A stretch of 64,000 nt of DNA from the NCBI GenBank assembly GCA_023213395.1, contig CM041465.1, positions 200,453,741 to 200,517,740 of the forward strand, in the 5' to 3' direction. The notes beneath the pieces were generated by a model. That model was not told where the DNA came from. It saw only the letters and a list, made by a program, of their open reading frames with translations, and searched no databases. Position numbers and translations under genes: made by a program. Shown piece after piece: positions 51,679-64,000 of the stretch. This stretch comes from Cycas panzhihuaensis. Lineage: Eukaryota > Plantae > Cycadophyta. Positions within the stretch are counted from its first letter, which is position 1, and every line of letters starts with the position of its first letter.

Positions 51679-54600
51679 ATGGCATTAAATGTTAGTAATG
51701 TTATAATACCCTAGTTTGATGGCACTAATTTTCTTAATTAGAGTAGATATATGAAACTATTTTTTATAGCCAAGGATATGTGAGAGCTAATTGAAATAGG
51801 TTATGGAGTGCTTATTGTAAATACCAAGACAAAAAATGATCTTTAAAGAGAATAAAAAGAGAGGCAACAAAGCATTAATATTCCTCTTTTATTCTTTGGA
51901 GGGTTATATATTCTCAAGGGTCAGTGAAGTAATGACATTAAAGGAAGTATGGGCCATACTAAAAACTACATATAAAGGAGCAACAACATTAAAGCTTTAA
52001 ACTTTAAAGAATAAATTTAAGAACTTAAGGATGAAGGTATAAATGACTTTATTACAAAAGCTCATAACCTAGTCAACTAAAGGAGGGCCTTAAGAGAGGT
52101 AATTAGCAAGCAAATGGTAGTTGAAAAAATCTTAAGGTGTGTAAGTGACATTAAATAGTTTGAGATGGTGTCCACTAGTATTAAGGTCTCTTAGGACTTA
52201 AGTACCCTTAAGATAGATCAGTTAAGTATCATGCTACTAGTTGTAGAAAAGAAAAATGAAGGAAGTGGGTTTTTTTAGTATGGTTTTGCCACCAAGGTAA
52301 AAATTAGGTCTATATTTCAAGTTCAAAGTTTTGGGGGTAGAGGACAATTCCCTAGAGGTAGAGGTCAATCTAAAAATCAATTTTAAAGGCAAGGTCAAGC
52401 CTATCAAGTACAAGGTTATCATCAAGGTTAAGGTAATTATCCAAGTCACTTCTATTAAAGGTAAAATCATATTTTAAGAATAAACATATATTCAAGACCA
52501 ACTTAATCAAGGCCAAAGCTAAAATTTTATATCTCAATAAATAGGAAGAGGTCAAAGTCTTAGGGGTAGAAACTAAGGACAAAGAGGAAGAAGTCTAAGG
52601 TGTAAAGGAATAATCCAATGTTTCTATTACCACAGAAATGGGCACTTTGAAGAAAATTGATTTGTGAAAATATCTAATTCATAAAAGGAAACTGTTAATA
52701 TAACTATTAAAGAAAGTTAAGATGAAAGATTATTTCTTTTAAGTTTGATAACCAATGAGGAAGAAGACAATTGGTATATAGATTCAAGTTGTTCTACACA
52801 CGACTCATAGAGAAGAGTGGTTTAAAGAATTAAATAACACCAAGAGAAACAATGTTATATTTGGTGATAACACCACTTAAATAGTTATTTGTAAAGGAAA
52901 TATCTTTATACAAATCAATTTTGGAGAAATAAGGTATATAAATGATGTACTTCATGTTCCAATACTTAAGAAGAATTTGCTATTAGTGGGTCAAATGATA
53001 GAATAGAAATATAAGGTAATCTTTGATAATGAGAAATGCACTATAAAAAATAAACTAAGGAATAAAGTAATTATAGCTAAAGGATAAATGACTAGTGACA
53101 AGTTATTCAAACTAGTCATACCCCTAATAGATCATTATGTCTTAAAGTCATTAACTAATGTGGATAGTGAAATATAGTACAAAAAACTTGGCCATATAAA
53201 TTATAATAGTTTGGCCTTAATGAAGAAAATCAACATGGTAATTGGACTACCTAATATTGAGAATAGTAAGGAAATATATGAAGAATATATACTTAGAAAC
53301 CAATAAAGGGAAGGATTCTCTAATGAAAGTCATAGGGCCAATAGGCCCCTTCAATTAATATACACAAACTTATGTGGTTTAATGGATGTACCCTCACTTG
53401 GAGGTGCTAAGTTTTTTATGACATTTATTAATGATTTCATAAGGATGACATGGATCTACTTCCTCAAGTCAAGTCAGATGCTCTATAATATTTAATAGAC
53501 TTCAAAACAATAGCGGAAAGATAAAAGTAGACTTAAAATTTTAATCCTAAGATCAAATAATGGAGGAGAATTTATTTCAAATGAATTCAAAGCTTATTAT
53601 AGGTATTATAGAATAAAAAATAACTCATAAATCCTTACATCCCATAATAAAATAGGGTTGTTGAAAGGAAGAATAAAATAATTGTTAAAATTGTAAGCAA
53701 TATGCTTAAAGATAACCATCTAAGAAATGAATATTGGGCTGAAGATATACATAAAACTGTCTATCTATTGAATAAATATACCACCAAAGCAGTTAAGTGG
53801 GTTACACTAAAAGAAGCTTGGACAAGTTATAAGCTAAACATTAAACACTTAAGAATTTGTGGATGCATAGCTTATGCATATGTACCAGATCAAAGGAGAA
53901 CAAAACTAGATCACAAGAGCACAAATATATCTTTATAAGATATTGTAACTCTTCTAAATCCTATAAACTTTATAATCCAAAGGAAAAAAAGATTGTTATA
54001 AGCAAGGATGTTATTTTTAAAGAAGAATTTTATTAGAAAGAAGTTATCGAAAAAGATAAGGGCAAGAATATCATGGTTAGGTGGATTCAAACTCTAAGGG
54101 TATAAATGTACCTAATACAAATGAAGTAGGACCCTATTTCAAATCAAAGGATTCCCAAATGGGTACAGAGGGCTCATAACACTTCAACTATTAGGCAATA
54201 ACATTAAGAGAAGGAATACAAGATCTCAAAGGGTGAATTTCATACTTATGACTTAGGCTATGAAGTTTAATAAGCCTCATGACTTTGAAGAAGCAAACAA
54301 TTAGGATGAATGGAAGAAAGTAATGAAAGAAGAGTATAATACCTTAGTGAAAAATGGCACATGTGAGTTAGTGTATCTCCCACCTAGTAAGAATTCCATT
54401 AGGACTAAATAGATTTATAAGACTAAGTATAAATCATATAGGACTATTGAAAAGTATAAGGCAAGGTTGATTGCAAAGGGCTATGCTCAAATTGAGGGCA
54501 TAAATTATAATGAGAGATTTACACTTATTGTAAGGCTAGAAATAATCAAATTAATGATAGCCTTAACTACATAACAAGGTTGGATAGTACATCAAATAGA

Positions 54601-55123
54601 TGTAAAAAGTGTTCTTAAATGGCTATATGGATAAAGAAATTCATATCCAATAACCTAAAGTATTTGAAGTGAAAGGAGAAGAAAATAAGGTCTATAAACT
54701 CAAAAAGGCCTTGTATGGACTTAAGCAAGTGCTGAAAGCATGGTACTCTAGGATAGACAAATATTTTGAGGATAAAGGATTCTAAAGGAGTCAATCAAAT
54801 CCTAATTTATTTATTAAACTGGAAGGAATCTCTATACTAATTGTGGGCTTATATATTGATGACCTTTTATACACTAGGAATAGTGATCACTTATCTAAAA
54901 GATTTAAGAAAGATACATGTAAGGAATTTGAGATGACAAACTTAGGGTTGATGCATTACTTTTTAGGCATTGAAGTTTAGTAAGATGAAAAGGAGATATT
55001 TGTCTCCCAAAGGAAATATACATTGGACCTATTACACAAGTTAAACATGAGTAATTACAAGCCACTTATAAGTTCAACAGAGGTTCAGTTAAAATTGTCT
55101 AAGTTTAAAGAATTAAAATTAGT
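51679..55123 (+). mobile_element. Ty1/Copia element E gag-pol (related to A), interrupted in RT by element G
   Basis: MALNVSNVIIP*FDGTNFLN*SRYMK..M*ELIEIGY matches the gag start of A. Then WYIDSSCSTH, LKKNLLLVGQMI, NNGGEFISNEF, ICGCIAYAYVPDQRRTKLD, KYKARLIAKGYAQ and LYIDDLLY. Confidence 0.9.
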
Positions 55124-58100
55124 TGTATTAAATTCATCAACAGGATCATGTAACATGTACATTATTATAAATTAAAAGAAGAAGCTAAAAAAATATAAAT
55201 CAATTAAGCAAAATGATTGTAGAACAATGTAATCATTAAATTAGCTAAATGATCACTCTCAATTTTGGTAGAGCTTCTACATATGAAATATTTTAATTTA
55301 TAAGCATACAATGCCTGAATATCAATAATATAATTGGCTAAGTTAGCAATAAAGGAGGCTAACTTGACTAAACTATAGATTATATTTAAATTTATAAAAG
55401 GGGGAGATCACACCCTATGATTCGCAAGTATAAATGTATGTGGAATATAATATAATGAAGGGTCATTATATGTTTTAACACCCTCCTTTAATGATAGCTT
55501 CATTAGATTTGATATCGAGGTCATGCCAAAATCTTTCAAACTTTGGTTTGCTAAGTGCTTTAGTGAATATATCTATAACTTGGTCCTCAGTTCATTGGTG
55601 GACAAGGTTAACTTTTTTATTTTGAACATGGTCATGGATGAAGTGATGGTGGACCTCTATGTACTTGTTTCTAGCATGGAAAACTAGATTCTTTATGTCA
55701 TAATAGAGAATAGTAGCTAAAGTCTATCAATGTCTAAGTTTGACAAGAATCCTTCTAAGTTAAATCAACTATATGATGGCATAGATAACTACTTTATATT
55801 AAGCTTCAATGGAGGAGAGAGTAATATTAGGTTGTTTCTTGTAGCTCTAAGAGATTACAAATGATTCTATACTAAAATAATATCTTAATGTTGAATGGTG
55901 TGCATCTTGACAACCTACTTAATCAGAACATGTGTATCCTTTGAAGATGAGAGATTCATTTTGGTTATAGGTAAGTCCAAACTAATGTGTCTTAGATATA
56001 CTTGAGGATTCTGGTGGTGGCCTTCTAATTGGATACTTTAGGTTGTGACATGTACCTAGAATAGATTCCAACTGTATAAGAGATATTTGTGCAAGTGTGA
56101 CTAAGGTAGATGAGGCTTCCAATCAACTGCTAATACAATGTAGGATCAAAGGGCTTTTCTTATTCATCTAGGTTAAACTTGGTTTCTATTTCTATTGGAG
56201 ATGGTGTAGGCTTGTAGTTAACCATTATGAACCACTATAAGAGTTCATTAGAGTACTTAGGTTATGATAAGAATATGTGTCCTAGTTTCTACCACACATT
56301 AATGCTAAGGAAATAATGAAGCAACCCAATATATATCATCTTAAAGATGTTTTTGAGTTCTAATTGTAACTAAGCTATAACTTCATTATTGTTACCAATA
56401 ATTGCCAAGTCATCTATGTAGATAATAATAATTGTGATCAAGTTACCTCTAATTTGAATGTGTAGACCTAAATTAGAGGGTGAATGAGTGAATCCATGTT
56501 TTATGAAAAAGATATAAATCTTTATATACTAAGCATATAGTGCCTACTTCAATCCATATAGGGCTTTCTTGAGTTTACAGGCTAGGTGTTCTTTTCTAGA
56601 AATAACATGACTAGGAGGTTGTTTCAAGAAAGCCTCTTATGTGAGCTCTCCATTTAGGAAAGCACTCTTCACATCCATTTGGTACATAGGTTAGTTGAAT
56701 TAAGCTATAAGAGACACAACCAAATGGAATGTGGTCAAGTTGGCTACCAGTGTAAAGGTCTTATCATAATCAATTCTCTCTTATTGTTTGAAACCTCTTG
56801 TAACAAGATGAGCTTTATTATGCTTGATGGTACCATTAGCATAGAATTTAGTCTTGTAAAGCCATAGATACTAAATTGGCTTATTATCAGGTGGTAGTTC
56901 TATTAGCTCCCATGTGTTATTCTTAAGGATATAGTTCATCTCTTCATCTATTTCTACTTTCTATATTTGGTCTTTGACTTCCTCCTCAAATATGGAAGGC
57001 TTAGAGGTCTTAAGGACATATGCCATTAAGGAAAAGTTGGTAGAGTATCTCATTCTAGTCTCTCTTTTGGGAACTAGGGAGGAAAATTAGTGGCCTCCAC
57101 CTGAAGATCATCAACTAATATAGGTGGCATTGATGTACTAGTATCTAATATGGATGTTGAGGCTATTAGAATTGAAGATGAACCTAGTGTGTAGGAGGAT
57201 GTCAATGTTGGTGGCTTTATAATTGGTAGAAGAGACACTTTAGATGTACCAATATTATTTTCTGCTACAAACTAAATTTGTGAAGGATCTAGGTCTTAAA
57301 AATCTTCAACAAATATTACATCTTAAGCAGCGTAGGCTTGGTTTCTAATAGTGCCATATACTTTATAGGCTTGCATCTAGGTACATAGCTAAGGAAAATG
57401 CACTTGAGGCTTTTATAATCTAGTTTCTCTCTATTCTCCTTAGGGATGAATTTGTAGGTTGAGCATCCAAATGTCCTTAGATAAGAAATTGTTGGTTTGA
57501 TGCTTAACCAAGCTTTCTTATGGGTGATGTCCCTGACTGCTATTATGGTGCCTCTATTGGTTAGATAAGCAACAATTGATATGGATTCAACCTAAAACTT
57601 AGTAGCAAGAATTGTATCACTTAACATGACTTTTACTTTGTTTACTAATGTTTGGTTCATCCTTTCTACTATACCATTTTGTTGAGGTATATAAGGGGCT
57701 AAGAATTAGCATTTGGTACCATATTATTTGTAAAAGTTGGTGAATTGCTTTAATATATAATCTCCTCCATTATCAGATCTTAGTATTTTGATGTGCATGT
57801 CACTTTTATTTTCTACCTTAGCCTTAAACTCATTAATCATATTAAAGGATTAGAACTTATTCTTGATGAAGTAGACCCACACCTTCTTAGAATAGTCATT
57901 TATAAATGTTATGAAAAATAGATTTTCATTGAGAGAAGGAACTAACATGGGGCCACAAATTTTTGAGTGGACCAATCTTAATGGTTCTAAGGCTCTCCAT
58001 GGTTTCTTTAATGAGAATCACTTTCTATGTTTGTTACCCACTAAGTAGTTCTCATAAATGCATCTATTTCTCTTGATGATTGGAAGTCCATACACCATAT

Positions 58101-58967
58101 GTAGCCTAGACATAAGATTTAGGCTCTACATATTCAGGTGATCAAGGCATTAATACCATAGATGGTCCTTAGTATCATTGGAGATGATTTTTTCTTCAAA
58201 ATGTAAACATTCATCTTGATCTTGGTCAAAGGGTAGGTTTTTTACCATGATAGCTTTCCCCTTCTCAAGGTAATTTCTATGTACTATGGAATATGATTCT
58301 TATAGTGGAATAGTAGGGGAGGGAACCCCATCAAGTTTGTATAGACCACTATCTTTATATCCTATTATAATTAATTATCTAGTACATTGGTTTATGATTA
58401 TGCAGATACCTTAATTGAAAAGGACATCTGAGTTTAACTTGTCAATTTAGCTGATAGAGAGTAAGTTTATCTTTATGCCTAGAACTAGGAAAATATTGTT
58501 TATATACTATCAAAGTTTAGAGTCCTTTAATGCAATGGGAGCTCTTCCAACTTTGATCATATCATATCTGAGGTTGTCTCCAAATATGATGATTTGAGCT
58601 CTAATTAGATAAGTCTACTCTAATAAATCTTTAGTGTCAATTATGTGATGTGTGGTACTAAAATTTAGTAACTAAGAATTATCATCATGTTGGGATAACA
58701 AAGATACAAAGAATAAGTTTTAGGAGAAGGGATGAGAGTTAGCCACATTGCCTCCTTATTATACATTTTAGTTATTCCTTGAGTTTCTTAGTTAGAACCT
58801 TTGCCTATTTGGTTGGTGTTGGTTCTAATTCTATCTTTGATTCTAATTTTGTTGGAAGTATGGGCTTGGCTGTTGAAAAGCTGGTCCTCCTTGTAGAAAG
58901 CTAGGGCCTCCGTATTAAGAGTAAGGACCACCTTGTTAAAAGATAGGGCCCCCTTATTAAAAGTTAC
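55124..58967 (-). mobile_element. Ty1/Copia element G: 3' LTR (55124-55480), PPT, RH-RT-INT-PR and gag C-terminus; 5' part cut by element F
   Basis: TGTATT...TTAACA followed by CCCTCCTTTAA (PPT on -). RNase H IDIFTKALSK, RT IYIDDLAI and QMDVKSAFLNGEL, integrase RSDNGGDY and PQQNGIVERMN. Confidence 0.88.
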
Positions 58968-59316
58968 TATTGGGAATAACTCCAATGCCATTAAAAGACC
59001 TGTGTGCCTAGGGCCTCTCAAAGCCACCTTTAAGGTTCCCTAGGGCACCTTGAGGCTCCTAATAGCCACAAAGGGTTGACACCACTTTATTAAGGTATGC
59101 ATTTTCATTTATTGTTGTTATTTTTTTAATATATTTTGAGTTATATGTCAACTAATGTGTAGGTAGGGTGGTGGCGCTTACCGCCTCCCCAAAAACTTTA
59201 TTTAAAGGGTGGGAATACCTCCCTAGTGTTTTTCAACACTGTCAACAATAAAAAATCACTTATTTTCTCAAAATGCACTTGATCTAACATCCTGCTCTGC
59301 TCCTTTGAATCCATCA
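58968..59316 (+). repeat. 5' LTR of Copia F (349 bp)
   Basis: Termini are TATTGG...CCATCA, and it aligns with the LTR of A. Confidence 0.85.
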
Positions 59317-59544
59317 TTTGGTATCAGAGCCAAAGAGGTGTTTGATATTTGCTCATATTGATCTAGCTTCTCATACATTTGGCAAAACAGCTACATATGA
59401 TTGCTTGTTAAGATCCTGGTAAGCTCACCTGTCTATTGGAGAAGATGGTTTGGAGTTTTGACCACTGTGCAACACGTTATCACGCTTTGAAGTCAGCATT
59501 GCAAACCTATCACAATTTTCTAGGTTCTTCGTGTGTTTTTTTTT

Positions 59545-59547
<3 letters not shown>

Positions 59548-59597
<50 letters not shown>

Positions 59598-59608
59598 ATA
59601 TCTATATA
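59548..59608. repeat. (TA)n microsatellite
   Basis: Direct read. Confidence 0.95.
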
Positions 59609-60844
59609 TTTTATTTATTTGATATATTTTCATGAATATATTTTAAAAATCTAGTTTATTTAATGTATTTGTGTAATTAGGGTAAATGTAGATCCTCATT
59701 GGAAGGCCTACACCCATAGATCTGGTTTTTACTATTTACTATCTGTTTTTCATCAGTTCTATTATTACTAATACTATTCGCCTCAGTTTCTTCTGTTGTT
59801 TACCCCCTCAGGTTTGCCTCATTGTTTTCTGTCTTAGTTTCTTCTGTTGTTTGCCACCTCAGTTTTTGGGTAAAAGCTAGGTATCCTAACTAGACTAGAT
59901 GACCCTTGAAACTAAACCTCTGAAGAAAAAGTGAGTGGATGAGAAGAACGATTGTAATAAAGTTCAACTTGGTCCCCTCCTTTGAATTCAATGGGCTTAT
60001 TGTGCCATAAACCATCAACAGAGTTTACTGCCTTCTTTAATAGACTGTGCAATAGAAGTTACGTAGTTTAGTCCCCTTACTAACATCTTATTCAGGGACC
60101 GTCTGACTGAAGTTACATAGTTTCGTCCCTATACTAACACCTTCTTAACGAACCGTGCGATAAAATTTATATAAGAGAACCCCACGACTATTTTCTCTCC
60201 TTTGCCTTTTTGGATTAGTAATCTGGCATTTTTCCTAACTTGCCTTTATTTGGCTCTATGATGCTTAATCGACACAATGATGCCCCCACATTAACCCTAG
60301 ACTGCATTGATATCCATTGGGGTTATGCCATTGAAGACGCCATTTTGCATCAACCTAGCTTATAATCTTTCAATTTTTCTATACATACAAGAAATTGACA
60401 TTGATAAATGAATAATAATATTTTCGTTCCTTTCTCTTCTGAAATCATCGTTGATTCAACTTCAAGGAAGGTGACGTTGGTTGCAGATCATGGAGATTTA
60501 TTCCAAAAATTGGTCGATGATCTTCCTATTACGACTTAACGGAAGAATCAGTTGTGCATTGAACCTCGATCCTACCAATCCAAGAGATTTGCCTTGACAG
60601 TCTCCTAAATTTTCCAGCAGAATAATAAGGAATGATATAACTGTGCCATAAGGTATGTTTAACAGAGTCCCACAACAAAGGTTAACACCCTTCTCCAGAC
60701 GAATAAATAGGTACTTGCACATCTTGTAGAGAGTAAATATTGTTGACATTTGAGGCAACTTAAAAATAACATCCAATATTTTCCCTAAGTTCTAATAGTG
60801 CTTCATTGTGTTGACATATTTGCTATGATGATAGCCTTTTTTTA

Positions 60845-60961
60845 TCAATTTAGAGCTTCAGTTTTGCTATCTTTCTTAGACTGCTTCTCATAAGAGTAAT
60901 ATCTTGAAGATTTCTTCCTGAACACTATGGTTTTGAGCCATTTCCCTGGAGACTTCCCCAT
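60845..60961 (-). pseudogene. IQD: Captured fragment of a host IQ67-domain (IQD28-31-like) gene N-terminus
   Basis: Manual translation (38 aa, too short for the ORF track): MGKSPGKWLKTIVFRKKSSRYYSYEKQSKKDSKTEALN*. This matches the MGK(S/T)PGKW(I/L)KT(V/L)LFGKKSS N-terminus typical of that IQD clade. No IQ motif was seen downstream. Confidence 0.75.
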
Positions 60962-61659
60962 ACCATGAGCTTCTGGAAGGATCTATTTCAATGGTCATAA
61001 GAAAAGCTTCATTCACAAGTAATGTGGCTCAGTGAGACCACATACTTGGTGCCATCCACTGCTAATATGATCATTCCCTAAGTTTCACACTCCCTCCTGA
61101 TGACCCACCAGATTTACGGTCTAATCTCACTATGAAAACTAGTAAATTTGCAGTGAATTAGGCATGGATGCCTTCTTGGGTCACTCAAGAATATTAAAAG
61201 TTCCATTATTGTCTCCCATAAAAACATGCCCTTATTCCAATCCCCGTAGCTACAACCACCACTCTACATTTATTCCTTTATTCCTCAGATTGACATTCCC
61301 ATCAAGTGGAAGCATTAGAAGTTAACAGAAGAGAAGGGAGGAAGACAGTCAATGATTGTATTGCTAGCCTACATAGAGGTAAATAATTTTATTATTGTGT
61401 TTTTTTATCAGATTCAAAGAGATGAAAGTCCATTTTTCTCATTCAAGAGTATTAGTTTTAACGTCTCTCTTCATCCAACTAGGTAAAGATTGCAAAATAA
61501 TTGTACCAGGCAAACTTCTAGTAATGAATAAATGTATAGTTAATGATAATGAAAATTAGCCATAATATTCCTCCTACCAGTTAAAATCATTAACAACCAA
61601 CTCCTAGCTATCATTTTTTAGAGCCATTTTTTTTTCTTCTTCTTATATTTCTTCTACAT

Positions 61660-61845
<186 letters not shown>

Positions 61846-63448
61846 TTGAGTGTGTCTTCCTAGAGTGAAAGTCAGGCCTTTTTTCTTTAGTTCTTTTTCT
61901 CGATTATAATTGTAGTTTGCCTTTCACTTTACGTATACTTGATGATAGTGATAGCAGCATATTAATTTATGTTTTGTCTATTTTTTATAAAGTTTTATTT
62001 TCATAAAATTAAATTGCATAAAGTTTCAACTTCATTTATATTAAGTGATTAAAGGACCCCTTATTTCATATAAAAGTTTCTTGTATTTTAAGCTCGACGA
62101 GCGAGTTCGCTCTCTTGGCATTAGAGGGGTTTATCTTTTGCAAGGTCTTGGGTTCAATCCCTGCCTAATTTACCCTCATGTTGATATTCTAAGGGGGTTA
62201 TCTTAAAGATATAACACTTTACCTTTTATTTTTATTTTTATTTTTAAACATAAGGTACTTAGCTATTTTTTGCCATATCTTCTCACTAGGTCATTAGTTT
62301 CTAACGAAACCTATCCCATTGAGTCCAAAATTTTTTGAGGTATGATTTTGACTGGCCATATGCCCTATTCAGAGCTTACTAGACTTGTTTTCAATCAGTT
62401 TGAAGTCACTTATTACTTTTTAAAGCTATTTTAAACTATTTTCACAAAATCCATTTTTTATTAGATTATATTTTATCACTGGGAGATTATTTTCTACTTA
62501 GATCTACTCCACAATCATCTATTATTAACAAACTTCATTACCATCTATTCATTTTATTTTTTAGGATTTATTTTAATCATTATTTTAATTAGTAAAAATA
62601 ACACTTTAGCATTTTTACACATTTTAACATAAAAGTACTTGCTGTTAATTCTATTATACACTTTTGCTGTTTTGTTGGGAATCTGACTCACTCCTCTTCA
62701 AACTGACACTATTATTTATAAGTTTTAAAGTGTTTTTTTGTAGATTTTCAAAGTTATCAAAGTTGAGGTACATAATAGCCTCAAATTTGTCATTATTGCA
62801 TATTTACATATATTATTTCTTAAAATTTTTAACTAAAAATATGTTAAGTAGCTCTCTAAACTATATTTGATCATTTTTTATCATTCTATAAATTTTTTAC
62901 TAGTATTTTTATAATATTTTTAGCATTATATACTTTACTCAAGTTAAATGCTTATTTGTTTGAAAAATTAAATAGCTTAGAATTTTTCTATTATTTTTCA
63001 TAAAAAAATTATTTCATCTTTGCATAGTTAAAAAGATCTTCATTACATTTAAATTTCCTTATATATTCATTATATTTCAAAGTTTATCTGAAATTATATC
63101 TTATAAGTTTGTCATTTATTCGAAAGACATACATTTATTGGAAGTTTTTTCTTACTTTTTTTATTCACCATTATTGAAAAATATCACTTACTTCTTGCAC
63201 TTATAAAAGTTGTATTTAATTTCCAAAGGCATTTTTATTCATTTAAAGAGCATTTCATTTTTTTTTGAAAAAGTATTTACTTTCTTATTTCTTTCAAAAA
63301 ATTTATTATTTTTTTCATCTTGCTTAGAGGTTATTATTTTTGTTTTCAAGTTTTTCTTTATTATATAAAAGGAATCTTTTTTTCTAAGTAAGACCACACT
63401 ACTAATCAATTTATTTTTCACATTAAATAAGATAATTCATCAATTAAA

Positions 63449-63887
63449 CCACCCTATTTTTCCAGCATTACATGGGGAATGGTTAGGACCCCTGAAGTTA
63501 TTACCCTGCACACACTAATCGACCTACTCATATTAGATGATGATAGCCATTAGCTATTGGGTGCATTTAGTGGCAGGCTGAGATGTAGAACCTATTCCTT
63601 TTATGGTGTTTGGAGACCAAGGCTAGACCTAGAGAGGGTGAGTACCTTACTTCGAAAACCTTCACCACTAGATCTATCACTAAGCATAAGTCTAGCGCAG
63701 GTGGACTAATAATTCATGGGGGTGTAAAAACCTTCTTAGTAGCCTATGTACTGAGGTATATAGAGTCTAGCACTCATGCACCGGTATATTGGATTCTTGT
63801 TTTGCCATCTATGGGCATGCATCACTAGACAGAATAACAACTAAAGGTTGCCCTAGGAGAAACTTAAAGTTAGAGCCTAGTAAGCTT
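63449..63887 (+). other. Conserved GC-richer pre-gag leader block (copy 2)
   Basis: Co-linear homology with the reverse complement of 8886-9319. Confidence 0.85.
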
Positions 63888-64000
63888 AATAGGTCCTAAT
63901 TCACTTATTCAAAACTTTGGGAAAAAACTTGGGTTATATTTGGAAGTGAATTTTACATTCAAACATTTTTTTTAAAATTTAAATTCAAATACCTTTTTTT

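Noticed and set aside
59436-59654. ORF with an IYIYIY tract
   Set aside because: It is a translation of a (TA)n microsatellite.
60498-60776. 92-aa minus-strand ORF downstream of the IQD fragment
   Set aside because: It has a TTG start and no IQ motif or other recognisable domain. It may be cargo but cannot be called.
61097-61137. Hammerhead-like CTGATGA...GAAA
   Set aside because: The intervening sequence cannot form stem II and I see no flanking stems.
63610-63828. 72-aa ORF within the conserved pre-gag block
   Set aside because: It has a non-ATG start, and the homologous block in A has indels and stops in this frame.

Overview
This is plant nuclear DNA, very AT-rich and probably from a gymnosperm. 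It holds one intact gene, an intronless plastid amidophosphoribosyltransferase (ASE/purF, 34092-35966, -), sitting in a sharply bounded CpG-rich island. The rest is mostly nested, C->T/G->A-eroded LTR retrotransposons. Two Ty1/Copia elements are full-length, with paired LTRs, PBS, PPT and 5-bp TSDs (23984-31630, TSD CCAAC; 39479-45017, TSD GGGTA). Six further Copia elements are truncated, and there are three Ty3/Gypsy remnants and a histone H2B pseudogene. The most interesting structure is a Copia family present in two copies (5521-12366 - and 58968->64000 +). The copies share a ~350-370 bp LTR and a ~440 bp conserved block just upstream of gag, but the multi-kb leader between these modules differs. 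In the second copy that leader carries an antisense fragment of a host IQ67-domain (IQD) gene, so the family looks like a cargo-carrying Copia. Other notable signals are Q/G/N/Y-rich and RGG low-complexity tails on several Gag proteins, and a ~2.8 kb Gypsy LTR containing an 18-unit CpG-decayed 28/29-bp array and followed by a PBS. All alignments and translations were done by eye, and boundaries of degraded elements are approximate.
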